A stretch of DNA of 64,000 nucleotides. Source: Salpingoeca rosetta (taxonomy: Eukaryota > Protista > Choanoflagellata). This document shows, one piece after another, positions 25,924-40,900 of this stretch. Both the position numbers and the translations under genes were made by a program. The stretch's first letter is position 1. Each line of letters starts with the position of its first letter. Under the pieces are notes generated by a model that was not told the DNA's origin, did not search any database, and was given only the letters and a program-made list of their open reading frames with translations. The DNA is taken from positions 690,410-754,409 of the forward strand of contig JAWQFM010000023.1 of assembly GCA_033442325.1 (NCBI GenBank), written 5' to 3'.

Positions 25924-27505
25924 GCGGTCCTCCACGAGACTGAGCGTGTGCATGCGACTCCTCGTCGATCACAACGACTACCACCACCACCACCACGATC
26001 ACCATTATTAACACCACCACGAACCTGGATACGAGGGAGGCCAATATCACACACGCGGTCCTCTCGAAGAAGCTCGTCAACGAATTCGTCCATGTGCGTC
26101 AGCTCCATCACTAACAGGACAGTGGTGCGTTGCGTGGATGGACAGTGCATGTAAGGCGTGCGTTGGCCAGGGCGTGAGCACAGCGCTGTTGATGAGATTG
26201 ATAATGACAACAGACGCGAACAGTGGAGGCAGGGGCGAATGCAAGCATGTGCGAGCAGCTGATGCACACACACACACAAGCACACACGCACACGCACGCA
26301 CACACACACAAGCACACACGCACACGCACGCGCACACACACACACACGCACACGCACGCACACACACACACACACACGCACACACACACACACAAAGGCA
26401 AGCTGCATGTTCACACGCGCCAGTGGCACGACTACACACCTCCATTTCTGCTCATGCGTTTGAGCTTGCGGTAATCGTTCAGCAGCGGCTCAATGTACTG
26501 CAGAGGGAGGAGAAAGGAGAGCGGAAGGTGAGCGCACTTGATCAAGGAAGTGCAGGTGAGTGTGTGTGGTGTAAGTGTGCGAGCATTCGCGTGCTGTGCT
26601 GGAACAGCAAGAGAGCGCAACCACCGAACAGCATGCAGGCTGCGTGGCCCCTCCTTACCCGGTAGCAATCCATCGAAGTGCCGACCAGTCGCAGGTAGAA
26701 TGCGCCCAGTGCCCTGAGGTACCTGGAGGGGCAGAGCCAGCGCACGTGGCTGGTCAGTACCAGCCTTGCACGTGCAAGTGGAAGGGTGCAGAGACAGAGA
26801 GAGAGAGGGAGGAAGCAAAAGAGGAACACAGCGCCCCACCACCACTCAAAACTCCGATTCTCCCCCACCCACCCACACAACACACCCACACCCACACCCA
26901 CCCACCCACACAACACACCCACACCCACACAACACACACACACACTGACTTGAAGTCCTCGTTCTTGATGTACTCGATGATGATGTCTTTGTCTGGCTGA
27001 AGCTGCAGCAGCTTGAGTGTGAGGCAGAGGAACGGCGTGGGTCGAATGTTGCCGCCATACACGCCGCCAACATATGTCAGTTCCACCGCCTTTTCGATCA
27101 CCGTCTCCGCTGTGAACGAGAGCGCACGCGTTTGATGTGAATCAGGTGTGGGGGGGGGGAAGGGAGGGGAAGGGAGGGTGAACACGTGCATGAAGAGAGG
27201 TGGAGGAAGCGGACGGAGATGGGAGAAGGAAAGGAAGAGAGAAATACAACTTTGCCACAACACACAGACACACAGAGATACACACATACACACACACACA
27301 CACACACACAAACAGTCACACACACAGACGCAGACACACACATACACACAGACAGTCACACACACAGACACAGACCTGTGAGAGCAAAGCACTGCTCTTT
27401 CCAATACAAAGTTTCATAGATGCGGCTGCGAATGATCTTGTCAACGATAAACTGCGGGTTTGTGCCATGCACAGACCGTGCGTCCTTCACTGTGCGGTTG
27501 GCCAT
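24084..27505 (-). CDS. PRPF38A: Pre-mRNA splicing factor 38A with RS/RD-rich tail and terminal HIND motif
   Basis: MANRTVKDARSVHGTNPQFIVDKIIRSRIYETLYWKEQCFALT, GGVYGGNIRPTPFLCLTLKLLQLQP, YLRALGAFYLRLVG, IEPLLNDYRKLK, HMDEFVDELLREDRVCDIGLPRIQKR. Last exons 24438-24303 and 24152-24084 are phase-compatible. Confidence 0.96.
24545..24644. other. Assembly gap (100 N)
   Basis: Run of N in a PRP38 intron. Confidence 1.
25219..25322. repeat. Coding (GATCAC)n hexamer repeat encoding the (RD)n tract of PRP38A
   Basis: About 17 tandem gatcac units; minus-strand translation RDRDRD... Confidence 0.9.
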
Positions 27506-28285
27506 CCTTGCGTCTCACACACACACACGCACCACCACAGGCAGGAGGCTAGTAGACACTGATCAACGCACTCACGTCACCCGCTTCGACCACAAACACA
27601 CTCGTACACCACGTTGCCTTCTCCTTCTTCGTCGTCGTCCCACCAACCACAACGTCCACAACGTCTCCTTCTTCTGCGTTCGCTCTTGCAGAATAAAAAT
27701 TATTGCGTCGACAATACCGAAAATTATAGGAAAACACCCACAATTTATCCGTGGGAAGGAACGGCGCTGTCATCGTCGCCGTCTTGTTGTTGCTTTCAGT
27801 CCATCAAAGAGGAGAAGAAGAGGAAGAAAGGAAAGACACACAAACGACAGCAACCGCTTGCTTGCTTGTCTGGCTTTTTGTTTTGTTTTGTGGCTGTGTC
27901 GTCCAACCAACCACAGTCAGCACGAGAAGCACACGCTCCACGACGACGACACACGACGCACGACGCACGAGGCAGAGAGAGGTATCAGATACAGAGGACA
28001 CGCCTGCTTTCAGCTCCGGAGTTTTTCTTTTCGGAGAAGAAGACGTCGTTCCACACACACGAACGTTGCACTTGATTGGCGCGACATTTTTGTGGACGTC
28101 CACTTGTTGCTTCTCTTACCTCTTTGTGTGAACACCTTTCTTCATCTTCAGGTTCTGCCATCAAGCAACGGTGTCAAGTAAGCCAGAAGTCAAGAGCAGC
28201 AGACAGTCACTGCTCTCACATTCCCCGAACACACACACACACACACACATACGCTTGACGGTCGGACGTGGCACAACGGGGAGCC
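27506..28285. promoter_or_regulatory. Divergent (bidirectional) promoter region between PRP38A and HECTD4
   Basis: Head-to-head starts 780 bp apart. AT-rich patch ~27690-27750 with inverted repeat tattg...caata (27701-27716). Confidence 0.5.
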
Positions 28286-29127
28286 ATGTTCCGCAGTCAG
28301 CTGAACCCATACCTACAACGGCAGCATCAGCAACAGCAAGAGATGCTGCAGGAGCCCGAGCCCGACGCATTAGTGGACGCCTGCGACAGTGTCCGAGTGT
28401 TCCTGGCCGATGGCTTCTCCACCTTTGCCTCATTTGTTGACTTTGTGCTTCCAACTCAGGTGTGCGTGTGCGTGTGCGTGTGCGTGTGCGTGTGCGTGTG
28501 CGTGTGTGTGTGCGTGTGTGCGTGTGTGCGTGTGTGCGTGTGTATGTGCGTGTGTGTGTGCGTGTGCTTGTGCTGCGTCAGTGTGATGAGGTTTCGACGG
28601 GTGGTGTGGCAGCGGAGTTGAGCGCTGACACCTACCAATCGTGGCTATTGTTGTTGTCTTAGCTGCCTGCCACCGTGCGTGTCTCAACCACGCAACGCCA
28701 AACCATCCCCGCTGCCGACCCACCCACCCACTCACTCACTCACTCACTCACTCACTCACTCACTCACTCACTCACTCACCCACTCACTCACTTACACACA
28801 CTCACAGGATGACACGATCCAAGAAGACTTTGAGGGCCTGCCCGAGCTGTTCCAGGATGCCGCTCGCATCCTCACCACCAGCGACAACCTGGCCAAGGAC
28901 TTTGGCGAGCTCGTGGCATACAAACGCGCCTTTCTTCGACGTACGCCGTTGTAGTCGTTGTTTGTTTGTTTGTTAGTTAGTTTGTTTGTTTGTTAGTTAG
29001 TTTGTTTGTTTGGCGATCCCTCGTCGCTGTGTTGCCTCAAGCGCTGTGTTATCTGGGCACTGAGCCACTGTCCATTGCTTTCTCACCCCTCACACACACA
29101 CTCACTCACTCACTCCGTCTCACTCTG

Positions 29128-29199
<72 letters not shown>

Positions 29200-31372
29200 G
29201 CTCACTCGGACACATCTCTGCAGAAGTGATCATGCTGCCGCCTGAGGATGCGCTGGCAGCAACAGAGACGGCGCCCACCCCATTCCAGGCATCTGGTGCG
29301 TCACCGTTTCTGTTGGTGCCTACTGCTGCTTCTTCTTGACACACTTCCGCTGCAGTCCCCTGCAGCTTGCACGGGAGGCGCGAGACACCCTGCATGCACT
29401 GTGTGCTTGAATTGTTACAGCACATCCTTCATTGCTCCATTGTTCACATACCCCGCATGGTGACGCGTGCAGGTGCCACGTCGTCATCAGCGCCCAGCAA
29501 CGTGACGCACGCGCCGCTGGCCGAGCTGACGCTGGCGCTGCTGCCGCCACTGCTGGAGTCGCAGAGCGCCGTTGACTCGTCGCTCATCAAGTCCACGGTG
29601 CAGGCCATGCTCAACTTCCTCAAGTCCCTCTCCCCGCAGGGGCTCAAGGTGCGCATGTTGGAGTATAAGGGAAGGGTGAAATACATAATACGTGGCGTGT
29701 GTGTGCGTGGTGTGTGTGTGCGTGTGGATGTGTGCGTGTGTGTGATGGTGTGCGCATTTCTGTGTTTGTGCCAGCGATTAGAACGCTCAACAGTCCACAC
29801 AACAACGACAACACCACCACCACTCACCAATTCAATCCAACCCCCCTCCTCTCGTGCAGGGAGTGCCGCCAACGGCGCTGCTTGGCCTTGAGAACCTGCT
29901 GATCCGCTGGCTGAGCACAGAGCGGGACGTGCTGGACAAAGTTGGCGTCAAACTGGAGGACATTGCAGGTGCCGTCGTCGCTCTCAGCGTCGCAAGGTGT
30001 GTGTGTGTGTGCGTGCGTGTCTGTGGCTGTGGTTGTGTGTGTGCGCGTATGCGGGTGTTGTAATTGTAGGTGATTGTGTGCGTGTCTGTGGCTGTGATTT
30101 GTGCTTGTGGGTGCAAGTGTTTGCTGTGGCTGTGTGATCACACATGGGTTTTGTCCAGTCACATTCCGCCATCAGCTCATTGAAACCATCGCATGTCCCT
30201 CTCCCTCTTCACATCTCCATCCACAGGGATGACCTCAACAGCTACGTGGACACGCTGCACCTCATTGTGAACAGCATCGACTGTGCCGTCAACCTCCCCA
30301 TTGGCGAATACCTCGAGCACTTTGCCCTCAACCAGCCCCGGTACGCCACACACCCTCCTCCACAGCGCTGCCGTCTCGTGTGTTTTGCGTATGTTGTGTG
30401 TGTGTGTTTTGTGTGTGTGTGTTGTGTGTGTTTTGTGTATGTTTTGTGTGGTTGTGTGTGGTTGTGCATGAGTGATGTGGCACGCGCGAGTGTGCGTGAC
30501 CTTGCAGTTTTGCGAGCACTTGCGAAGCACCTGCATTCGTTGAGTTGTGTTCGCCTCGACTTCCACGTACTGCGGTCTCACCACCACCACACGTGCACAC
30601 ATGTATGCATGTGCACACGTACAGCATGCTGCCCAGCACATTCCTACAATCCCGCGGCTGGACATATGCAAACCCCCTTCAGAAAGACAGTGCGTCGTTG
30701 TTGTTTTGTTGGCCTCAGATTGTTTGGTTGTTGCATACAGTGGGCAGCATGGCTACTTCCTTTTTCCTTTCTGCTTGCGGTTTTCCTTTCTGCTTGCGGT
30801 TCTCCCTGACTGATGGCGGGTCGTTGTTCCCTCCACGCACGTCGCTGAACCACTTGCTGAAGCCGCTCAATTCGATCCCACCACCACCACCACCACCACC
30901 ACCACCACCACCAACTCACCGACGCCAACTCACTGACGCCAACCACACGTGGCCCATGTCCTGTCCTCTTTATGTGTGTGTGTGTGTGCAGGCGGCGTGA
31001 CGATCAAACACCCGAAGCATCGCCACCCACTCCAACTCACCACGCGCGACTCTGGCTGGAACTGCGACGGTGAGCCCACGTGCCCATGGTTCACTTGGTT
31101 CACTTGTGTAGGCTGCTGTTCATTCATATGAGCGACTAGGCCACAGTCTTTCCCTTGCTGTTCTGCCCAATCTTGTTCCTCTTCCTGCGATCATGCTTGT
31201 CTTGCTTCTCTCCCACATCCACCCACTCACGCTTCCACACCTACACACCTCATCGCGCCACCACGGCCAGGTCCGTGCGGGCACAAGAGCAGCAAATCGC
31301 CCTTCATCATGCCGCGCTTCCGCTGCTCCGGAGGTACAAGCAGACACGGAAACACACATACACACGAAATCC

Positions 31373-31420
<48 letters not shown>

Positions 31421-31454
31421 CACAAACCAACACACACAGACACACAGACACACA

Positions 31455-31499
<45 letters not shown>

Positions 31500-31863
31500 C
31501 AACACACACAGACACACAAACCAACACACACGCACACACTTCGCTCATTCTCACTCCACCCCATCCTCTTTTCCCCCTCTGTCGCGTGCGTGCAGGGTGC
31601 GACTATGACCTGTGCATGTACTGCGTGGCGGGCGTGTACTGCCGCGGCAACTCGATGGTGGCCAAGGACGGCTACCTCTACGTCACGGACAGCAGAGCGT
31701 CGGGCATCTACAAGCTCGGCTCGGGCGCATGCGGCACAGCCAGTGCCCAAATCAAGCAATCACAGTCGGGTGCGTTGTTATTTTGCTTTGGCGCAGTCCC
31801 TTTGACAGGTTATTCCAATCCATCACACACACACACACACCGCCTTTTTGTCCTCCGACCAAG

Positions 31864-31903
<40 letters not shown>

Positions 31904-33755
31904 GGCTCCTTCCGCGGGTATGCTGCGTTTGCCAAGGAGCTGCTGCTGTTCTTCCGCGTGTCAAACCACCGCAAGGGCTGCCTTGCCGACATCTACGACC
32001 GCGTGACCCTCAAGTCCATTGGCAGCGTGCTGCGTCCCAAGGACCTGAGCAGCGAGGAGGACGGGCAGCGCCGCCGCAACGTGCTGCACGTCGCAGCAGC
32101 AGGCGACCACGTCTACCGCATCTCCTTTGCAGACAACTCGACCTGCTGCGATATTGTTGTGGAGCAGTTTGCCGTGGACGCCGACGACTTTACCCCGCAC
32201 CGCGTGGAGTGCGTCATCAAGAAGGGCTGCATTGTGTTTGGCTCCGACCTGTACCACGGCGTGCCCAACTGCGGCCCTGTTGTCACGCAGGCCTCCAGCT
32301 CCATCCACGCCGTGACTGGCGACGAGCTCATCTCCATTGACGGCACGCGCGTGCGCGACACGGAGCACGCCACCAAGCTGCTTGAGGACAACGCCACCAA
32401 GCACGCCGTGTTTGTGCGTCGCGCCATCCCCTCCCGCCTGGTGCGTCGCTTCACGCTGACGGCGCCCTCAGACCCCGCCGCTGCTGCCGCCGCCACAGCC
32501 AACATGCTGGCATGCATCCACGGCACGCGTGCTGTTGGTGGCGGCCCGAACGGCGGCGGCGGCGCTGCTGCCACCTCCGCCGGCAACGGCCCAGCAGCCG
32601 TCGCGGGGCCGTGGCCGAGCGAGAGCATGTTTGAGAAGCTGCCCTGCGGCCTACCGCGCGTGTTTGCTGCGGTGGGCACCTATGTTGTCACGCACGACTC
32701 GCTCATCCTGTACAACACGCTGTTCCCCTCGCGGGAGACGCTTGGCTTTGGGCACCGGCCCGACCAGGCCATGGACACGGGCCGCGTCGTGTCGCACGTG
32801 TTTGACCTCACCACGGGCGAGCTGCGGCCAGAGTCGCCCTACCCAACGCTGTACGTGTCGCCCACCAACCCGCTGTACAGCGCAAAGCACGCCCAGCTCC
32901 TGGCCTGCCTGGATGCAGACGTCGACTGCACGTGGACGCTGTGCGGCGACCGCGTGGACTGCTGGCGCAACACGGGCCTGCCACTCAACATCCGCCTCGA
33001 CACGTCCCCGTCCTACGTTGTCGACCTCCTGCGCTCCAGCAGCTGCCACATCACCGCCGTCAAGCGCGTGTTCTGCCAGAGCGTGTGCGCCAGCTGCCAG
33101 CAGCTGGCAGGCTTCTCCAAGGACGAGGTTGCTGCCACCACGCTGCCGCGCCTGATAGAGCTGCTGGAGCACTTTCTGCAGGAGGGCGAGCACGACTGCC
33201 TCGTGTTCATCCTCCTCGCCCTGGCGCAGCTCACGCCAGACCTGTCCTCGACAGAGGTGGACCAAGACGCCATCGCACACCTCAAGTCGCTCCTCTTCAA
33301 GTGCCTCGGCGTGCCCGACCGCCCCGATGTCGTGCGCGCCGCCACAAACGTGATCTCCACCAGCCTCGTCCTCTTCTACCCGCTGCTGGAGGACGTGCCC
33401 ACGCTTGTGCGCGAGCTGGTGCTGCCAACCGATCTGCCGCAGCACGTGCGCGACGCCATGCGCGGCGACGTGCTTGGCCTCATTGAGGGCGTGCCGCCGC
33501 TGGACCTGCCGCGCTCCCTGGTGGAGCTGCTGCTGCAGGGCCTGGACGAGGCGCTGGTGCAGACGGAGGCGGCCATTGCAGACGTCAAGCGCGGCGTGCA
33601 CGACCACGTCCGCGTCAACGAGGCGACGGTGGGAGGGCTGGCACTCATTCAGTACCTGTGCAACGCTGCCCACGCCGCGCAGCACAGCAGGGCCGATGAG
33701 ACGCACGACGTCGAGCCAGCGGAACACCAGGAGCAGCAAGGGGACGCCAGCACTG

Positions 33756-33813
<58 letters not shown>

Positions 33814-34936
33814 GAAGACTTCGACGGAGGCCGAGGCCCCGCTGACATGGAGCGAGCTGCAGCGCAAGGTGCTGCTGTCCACCACCGATGTTGTGGTGAA
33901 GATTGTGACAAAGGCCAGGGCCGCCCTTGTCGATATCAAGAAGCAGCAGCGGCGCCTGGCCATGGCTAGCCGCGGCAGCCTCACGCGCGATGACGCAATC
34001 AAGCAGCAGCAGGACTCGCAGCAGCAACAACAACAACAGCAACAGCAACAACAAGAATCCCAGGGGTTGTCGTCGTCGGCGCAGGGCAGCCCAGCGACCC
34101 GTCGCCGCGCAGCAAGCGCCGGTGGCGTGCATGATGCAGCAGCGGCGCAGGCGTTGGAGGCGGCTGCACGCGGCGTTGTTGACGTGGTCAAGTGCACGGC
34201 GGGCACCCTCGCCTCGCTGGTGCTGCTGGCCACGGACGAGCCCACGCAGTTTGACGAGGAGCAGCTCAAGGCCCTGCGGGAGGTGAGCCTGCACTTCCAC
34301 GCCTTCCTTGCCCTTACACCCGAGGTCGATGCGGACGGCAGCGTGTCCAAGCCCTGGGAGGAGAAGATTGTTGTGGAGTCGCAGCACCCTTTGCCCGAGG
34401 CATACCGCTTCACCAAGACCATCAGCATGCCCGGCGCGCAGGGGCTTGTGTTGCATTTTGACCCGCGGTGCTCGTCCCAGTACGACTACGACAAGCTGTT
34501 CATCTACGCGAGCCCGACGCCCAGCGGCGCCCGCGTGGCGTCGTTTGGCGGTAACCACCTTGGCTATGGCGGTGGCGGCGGCACGTGGCCACGGCAGCCC
34601 GTGCGGGTGCCTGGCAACACTGTCACGCTGCAGTTTGAGATGAAGAGCGCACGCGAGGCGCAGACGCCGCCAGAGGCCATGTGGGGCTTCTCCGTCACCG
34701 TGGCCGCGCAGAGCTCATCGGCCTCCTCCTCGTCGTCATCAGCGTCCGAGGAGGGCAAGAGCACCACTGCCATGGGCCTGCTCGCCGATGTTCAGCTCGC
34801 CCTGCTCAACCGCATCGTTGTGATTGTGGAGACGCTGTTTGGCGTGCCGCCTGCGGAGGCTGTGGAGGACCATGTGCTTGGTCTCATGCCGGCCAACCTC
34901 ATCAAGAGCATCCCCTGGGAAGCTCTCATCCGCCCA

Positions 34937-34968
<32 letters not shown>

Positions 34969-37900
34969 ACAAGAGCAGCAAACGTCGGGGAGACCCTCAC
35001 CGGCATCTGCAGCGTCAGGGTGGATGCAGGAGCTGCACGAGCAGAGCGACGCGCGCCTGCTATCTCTGGAAGACGCACGCGCCCTGCGCACCAAGTACGG
35101 CACGTCCGACCTCCTGCGCCTTCCGCGCCGCATCCAGCAGGCCGTGTGCACGTCGGAGGTTGATCGCCACATGCTCACGCTGCTGCTGGACCAGGTTGGC
35201 GCGCGGCATGACGTGGCCCGGCTGCTTCGTGGCGAGATGGACGACTACCTGCGCTGGCTGGCGGATTTCCTGCGCCAGTGCTTCCAGCGCATCTCCACGT
35301 TTCTGCGCCGCCTCGTCAGCGTGGCAAACATGGAGCAGCAGTGGGCGTTTGCCCTGGAGAGCGCAGTGGAGGCGGGCGCCATCACAGAGCTCTTCTTCTT
35401 CAGCTGGCAGCACGAGGTGCAGAGCAAGCACCCGCACTTCAAGGACTTGGCCAACCTGGGCCTGCTGTTCTGCCCCAAGCTGAAGGGCGCCGCCCCCGAC
35501 GCCCTCGTGGACGCGCTCTCTGCCGAGTTTAAGGAGCAGTTTGAGGGGTACATGGCCCCCGTGCGCGAGCAGCAGCGGAAGCGCGAGGAGCGGAAGCGCG
35601 AGAAGGAGAAGGCAAAGAAGGAGAAGGAGGCGAAAGAAGCAGCAGCAAAGGCCACCCAGCAGCAGCAAGCACAGGCGGAGGGACAGGAGGGCCAACAACA
35701 AGGCGCCCAAGCAGGGGATGAGCAGCAACGCGTGGAGCGGGAGACGAGCAACACCGCCCCGCCCTCCCGCCAGTACAGCCAGTCTGTGACGCCGCAGGAT
35801 GTTGGTGGTGGTAGTGGGCAGCAAGCAGATGCCCCATCACCGAGCAGTTCCACGCGCAGCGTCAGCCGCAGTGGCAACAACGGCAACGACGACGCCGCAT
35901 CCAACACCGAAAACACCAACCACGACGATGACGATGATGGTGATGATGGTGATGATGGTGAGGGCAGCGGCAACGGTGGTAGCAATGGCAGGTCTGGTGC
36001 AAGACAGGGCATGGATGTGTCTGATGATGCTGACGATGCTGACGATGCGGAAGAAGAACCTGCCATCCCCACACCGGAGGTTGACCTGACGCTGCGGCGG
36101 TCTCAGCGGTTCTCAGAGGCTGTGCTGTCCCGCTGCAAGGTGCTGCTTGCCCTGCGCTCCAAGGACGAGATGGACGTCACACACGCCTTGGAGACGCAGC
36201 TGGTGACCGAGGCCTCCGACACGATGATGAACATGCCGGACCTTGAGCGGCTTCCCTCCCACTCGTCCACGGCCATGGCCACGGGCAGCGGCCTGCAGAG
36301 CCCGCTGTCGCGCTCGCTATCCCTGGGCGCCCCTGTGGCAGTGTCGCGCACGGTGAGCGTGGTCACGCTGGAGCAGCCCGCGGTGTCGCCGCAGGAGGAG
36401 CTGTTCCAGTTTGCCTTTGGCGGCGTGTTTGCCAGTGCGCAGCCGCTGTGCGGCGACGACGTGCTGAAGGTTGTCCTTGCCCACCAGACGCGCGCCACAC
36501 ACCGGGTTGCTGCGCTGCGTCAGCTCACCGCCGTGCTGAAGGAGTACACTGGCAAGAACGCAAGCTCGCGAGACATCACCTTGCACTACCTTGTGCAGCG
36601 GTTGGTGCGCCTGCTTCAGGCCACGCACCACACGCGCGACCTGCAGCTGAGCGGCCAGACGCACACGTACACGGAGGAGTTTGGGCACCTGCTCAAGCCA
36701 CTCGTGGCGCTGATGAAGAAGTCTGCGCCCAGCTTCAAGCCTGCACTCGGACTGGCCGTGCTGCCGTATGGCCCGCCGGACGTCAAGGTGCTGCTCGAGT
36801 CTGGCTTCATGGACACCGTGCACGCGNNNNNNNNNNNNNNNNNNNNNNNNNNNNNNNNNNNNNNNNNNNNNNNNNNNNNNNNNNNNNNNNNNNNNNNNNN
36901 NNNNNNNNNNNNNNNNNNNNNNNNNNNNNNNNNNNNNNNNNNNNNNNNNNNNNNNNNNNNNNNNNNNNNNNNNNNNNNNNNNNNNNNNNNNNNNNNNNNN
37001 NNNNNNNNNNNNNNNNNNNNNNNNNNNNNNNNNNNNNNNNNNNNNNNNNNNNNNNNNNNNNNNNNNNNNNNNNNNNNNNNNNNNNNNNNNNNNNNNNNNN
37101 NNNNNNNNNNNNNNNNNNNNNNNNNNNNNNNNNNNNNNNNNNNNNNNNNNNNNNNNNNNNNNNNNNNNNNNNNNNNNNNNNGTGGCCACGGGTGCAGGCG
37201 CCCAGCGGCTGTTCAACGTGCTGGCGCACTTTTTGGTCAACCACTTTGCGGTCATGGTGCAGGCGCTGCGGGCGTCCCCGAACGTGCGCCCGGATGACGT
37301 GCGCGTGACATCTGTGAGCGAGGTGCTGTTCCTGCTGGACGAGCTTGCCGACAGCCACCTTGGCCACGCCGTCCTCTCCCACAGCTCCAGCTCCTGCGCG
37401 CTGCTGTCCCTCATGCTGTCCTCCGTGTGCACGCCGCGCATCCTGGACGTGGTGGTGCGCGTGCTTGCCGTTGCGCTGCCGCTGCTGCGCGTCGACGAGC
37501 AGCTCGTGTCGCACCTCAAGGAGATGGGCCACGCGGATGTGACGCCCAAGACGGCGCGCTCCGTGATTGTGCGCACGCTGCTGGAGCGCCTTGGCGACTA
37601 CGCCACGCCGCCCTCGCTCAACACGGGCATGGCCGCCGCCAGCCCACTCACGCTGAAGAAGGCGCAGTCACGCGCCATGAGCACGGGGGACGACAACCAG
37701 CCTGCCCCGGCGTCCGTGAGCACGCCAACACCCAGCGCTGCGCGTGGCGGCGCAGAGTCGCCAAGCACCCCGCCACAGGCCATTCGGCCTGGCCCAGACG
37801 ACGACGGCTCGTCGCACGGCATGCCGAACGTGAGCGCCCTCTCCGCAACACCGGGCACGCCCGACGCTGCACAGGAGGGCATGCTTGTGCCCCCGCACCT

Positions 37901-40900
37901 GCGCGGCACCAGCAGCAGCCTCTCTGTGGAGACCGACTCGCGGTACAGCGACAACTCGTCCATGTACCTGCGTGACAGCGCCGATGACGAAGACACGCGC
38001 GCCATCATGCAGGCCCTCATGCGGGAGTTTGGCGGCCAGGACGAGAACGGAGGAGACGGTGCCAACGGCGGCAACGACGACGACGACGACGACGATGGTG
38101 ATGATGGCGATGATGACGACAATGGAAGCTCCCTTGTCGCTGAGAGCGATGCGCGCAGCGGCCTTGGCGTAGATGTGATGGAGCTTGTGCCGCCACCACC
38201 GCGCGTGGAAATGGGCGGCGAAGACGAGGAAGACGAGCTGCTCGACGACGAGGAAGACGAGGACGACATGATCGAGGACGAGGACGACGACTTTGACGAT
38301 GACGAAGAAGCAGACATGATGTTCGTGTCCAACGACATGCTCGGCGAAGATGAGGAGGTGCCTGACCTCGGCGGCTACGACGACGTGGACGCGGAGGAAG
38401 ACGAGGCTGAGGACGCGCGCCGCATGCACGAGGAAATGGCGCTGCGGCACCGCATTGCGCGCGAGATGGCCGAGCAGCAGCAGCAGGACACCACCGTGCA
38501 TCGCCGGTCTGACATCCGCGCCGCCCTGCACGCGCACGCGGCCNNNNNNNNNNNNNNNNNNNNNNNNNNNNNNNNNNNNNNNNNNNNNNNNNNNNNNNNN
38601 NNNNNNNNNNNNNNNNNNNNNNNNNNNNNNNNNNNNNNNNNNNNNNNNNNNNNNNNNNNNNNNNNNNNNNNNNNNNNNNNNNNNNNNNNNNNNNNNNNNN
38701 NNNNNNNNNNNNNNNNNNNNNNNNNNNNNNNNNNNNNNNNNNNNNNNNNNNNNNNNNNNNNNNNNNNNNNNNNNNNNNNNNNNNNNNNNNNNNNNNNNNN
38801 NNNNNNNNNNNNNNNNNNNNNNNNNNNNNNNNNNNNNNNNNNNNNNNNNNNNNNNNNNNNNNNNNNNNNNNNNNNNNNNNNNNNNNNNNNNNNNNNNNNN
38901 NNNNNNNNNNNNNNNNNNNNNNNNNNNNNNNNNNNNNNNNNNNNNNNNNNNNNNNNNNNNNNNNNNNNNNNNNNNNNNNNNNNNNNNNNNNNNNNNNNNN
39001 NNNNNNNNNNNNNNNNNNNNNNNNNNNNNNNNNNNNNNNNNNNNNNNNNNNNNNNNNNNNNNNNNNNNNNNNNNNNNNNNNNNNNNNNNNNNNNNNNNNN
39101 NNNNNNNNNNNNNNNNNNNNNNNNNNNNNNNNNNNNNNNNNNNNNNNNNNNNNNNNNNNNNNNNNNNNNNNNNNNNNNNNNNNNNNNNNNNNNNNNNNNN
39201 NNNNNNNNNNNNNNNNNNNNNNNNNNNNNNNNNNNNNNNNNNNNNNNNNNNNNNNNNNNNNNNNNNNNNNNNNNNNNNNNNNNNNNNNNNNNNNNNNNNN
39301 NNNNNNNNNNNNNNNNNNNNNNNNNNNNNNNNNNNNNNNNNNNNNNNNNNNNNNNNNNNNNNNNNNNNNNNNNNNNNNNNNNNNNNNNNNNNNNCTGCGC
39401 GTGCCGCTGCAGTACGTGCAGTCGCAGAACGAGGACCCGCCCCGCGCCATCCAGTGCATGGTTGGCGCAGCCTTTGCGCGCTGCCTGGAGGCGCTGCTGA
39501 TGCAGGGTGCAAACGAGCCCGTCGGACAGCAGGCGCCGGAGGGCGTGGGCGCAACCAAGGCGTCCCAGCTGGTTGCCACCAGCCACCGCTTGCTGGCGGA
39601 GCTGCGCACGCGCGCGTGCATGGCGCTGGGCGCACGGCTCAAGTCGGAGGCCAGCGCGCACGAGTTTGTGGCGCAGGGCGACCGGGCGCTGGCCACGGTG
39701 ATCAAGCTGGCCAAGGAGGCGCAGGGCGTGGCCGGGGAGCCGCGGGCCGTGATTGCAGGCAAGTGCTCCGAGCTGCGGCGCACGTTCTTCGAGAAGGACC
39801 GCCCAAGCATCCACTCGGCAGCCAAGGGCGGCGCTGCGCCCCCGACGCTGCTGCACTGGGACGTGAACCAGCGCTTCCCAGAGCTGAGCAACATTGTGTT
39901 CCTGTCCAACAAGACGGCGTTCAGGGTGGTTGCGGGCCGCAACGCCCCCGCGGAGAGCCGCAACCGGCCCGTGACCGTGTTTGCCAACAAGCCCATCCCC
40001 GCCGGGTGCGAGTGCTTCTACTTTGAGGTGCGCCTGGTGGCCACGGACCGCCGCCCAAGCGATGGCCCACTCATGCTCGTTGGGATGGCGCCGCCCGCCA
40101 CAGACAGCTCCAGCACGTGGAAGCCGGGCGCCGTCCTGCTGGACTCGCGCGGCAAGGTGCACCACCAGCGCTCCCCGGCCAGCACCAACGAGTTTAACGT
40201 GGACCTCAACCTGAGCATCGGCGACACGCTCGGCTGCGCGTGGCTCGGCGACGGCTCGAGCATCCAGTTTACGCACAACGGGCGCCTGCTGCCGCGCCGC
40301 GTGCAGGGCCTGTCCAACAACAGCGTGCCCGTGGTGAGGGTGTTTGGCGGCAACACGCAGGTGGAGGCCAACTTTGGGCTGTCGCCGTTCCTGTTCAAGC
40401 CGGAGCAGCTGCTGTCGCCCTCGCGCACGGCGAGCGACGAGGCCGGCATGGAGCACTCGTCCCTGTTTGGACTGTCCCCCTTTTCGTTTGAGGACGACGA
40501 GAGCGCGCCCGTGAACACGGCCCACAGGCACAGCGTGGACACGCGGCCCGTGGCCGTCTCCAGCAAGGACAGCCTGCCCAGCACAGAGCACACGGAGGTG
40601 CTGTCGGCGGTGCACACGACCATGATTGGCAGCACGACGGTGGGGGTTGGCGAGGACGAGGAAGAGGAGGAGGACCTGACGGAGAAGCTGGTCAAGGCGT
40701 GGGAGAAGGACATCTTCCCCAAAATCTCCTCCCGCTTCCGCAACTCGCAGGAGCGGCGCAGCGGGTTTGAGCAGATCCGCGGCGCGCTGCTCATGGGCAT
40801 GGCCGACATTGCGCGCATGACGGTGGAAGGCCTGTACGAGGAGAGCGGCGGCATGCCGTCCGACCTCACCTTCCCCACCATCGAGGACATGAAGCAGAGC

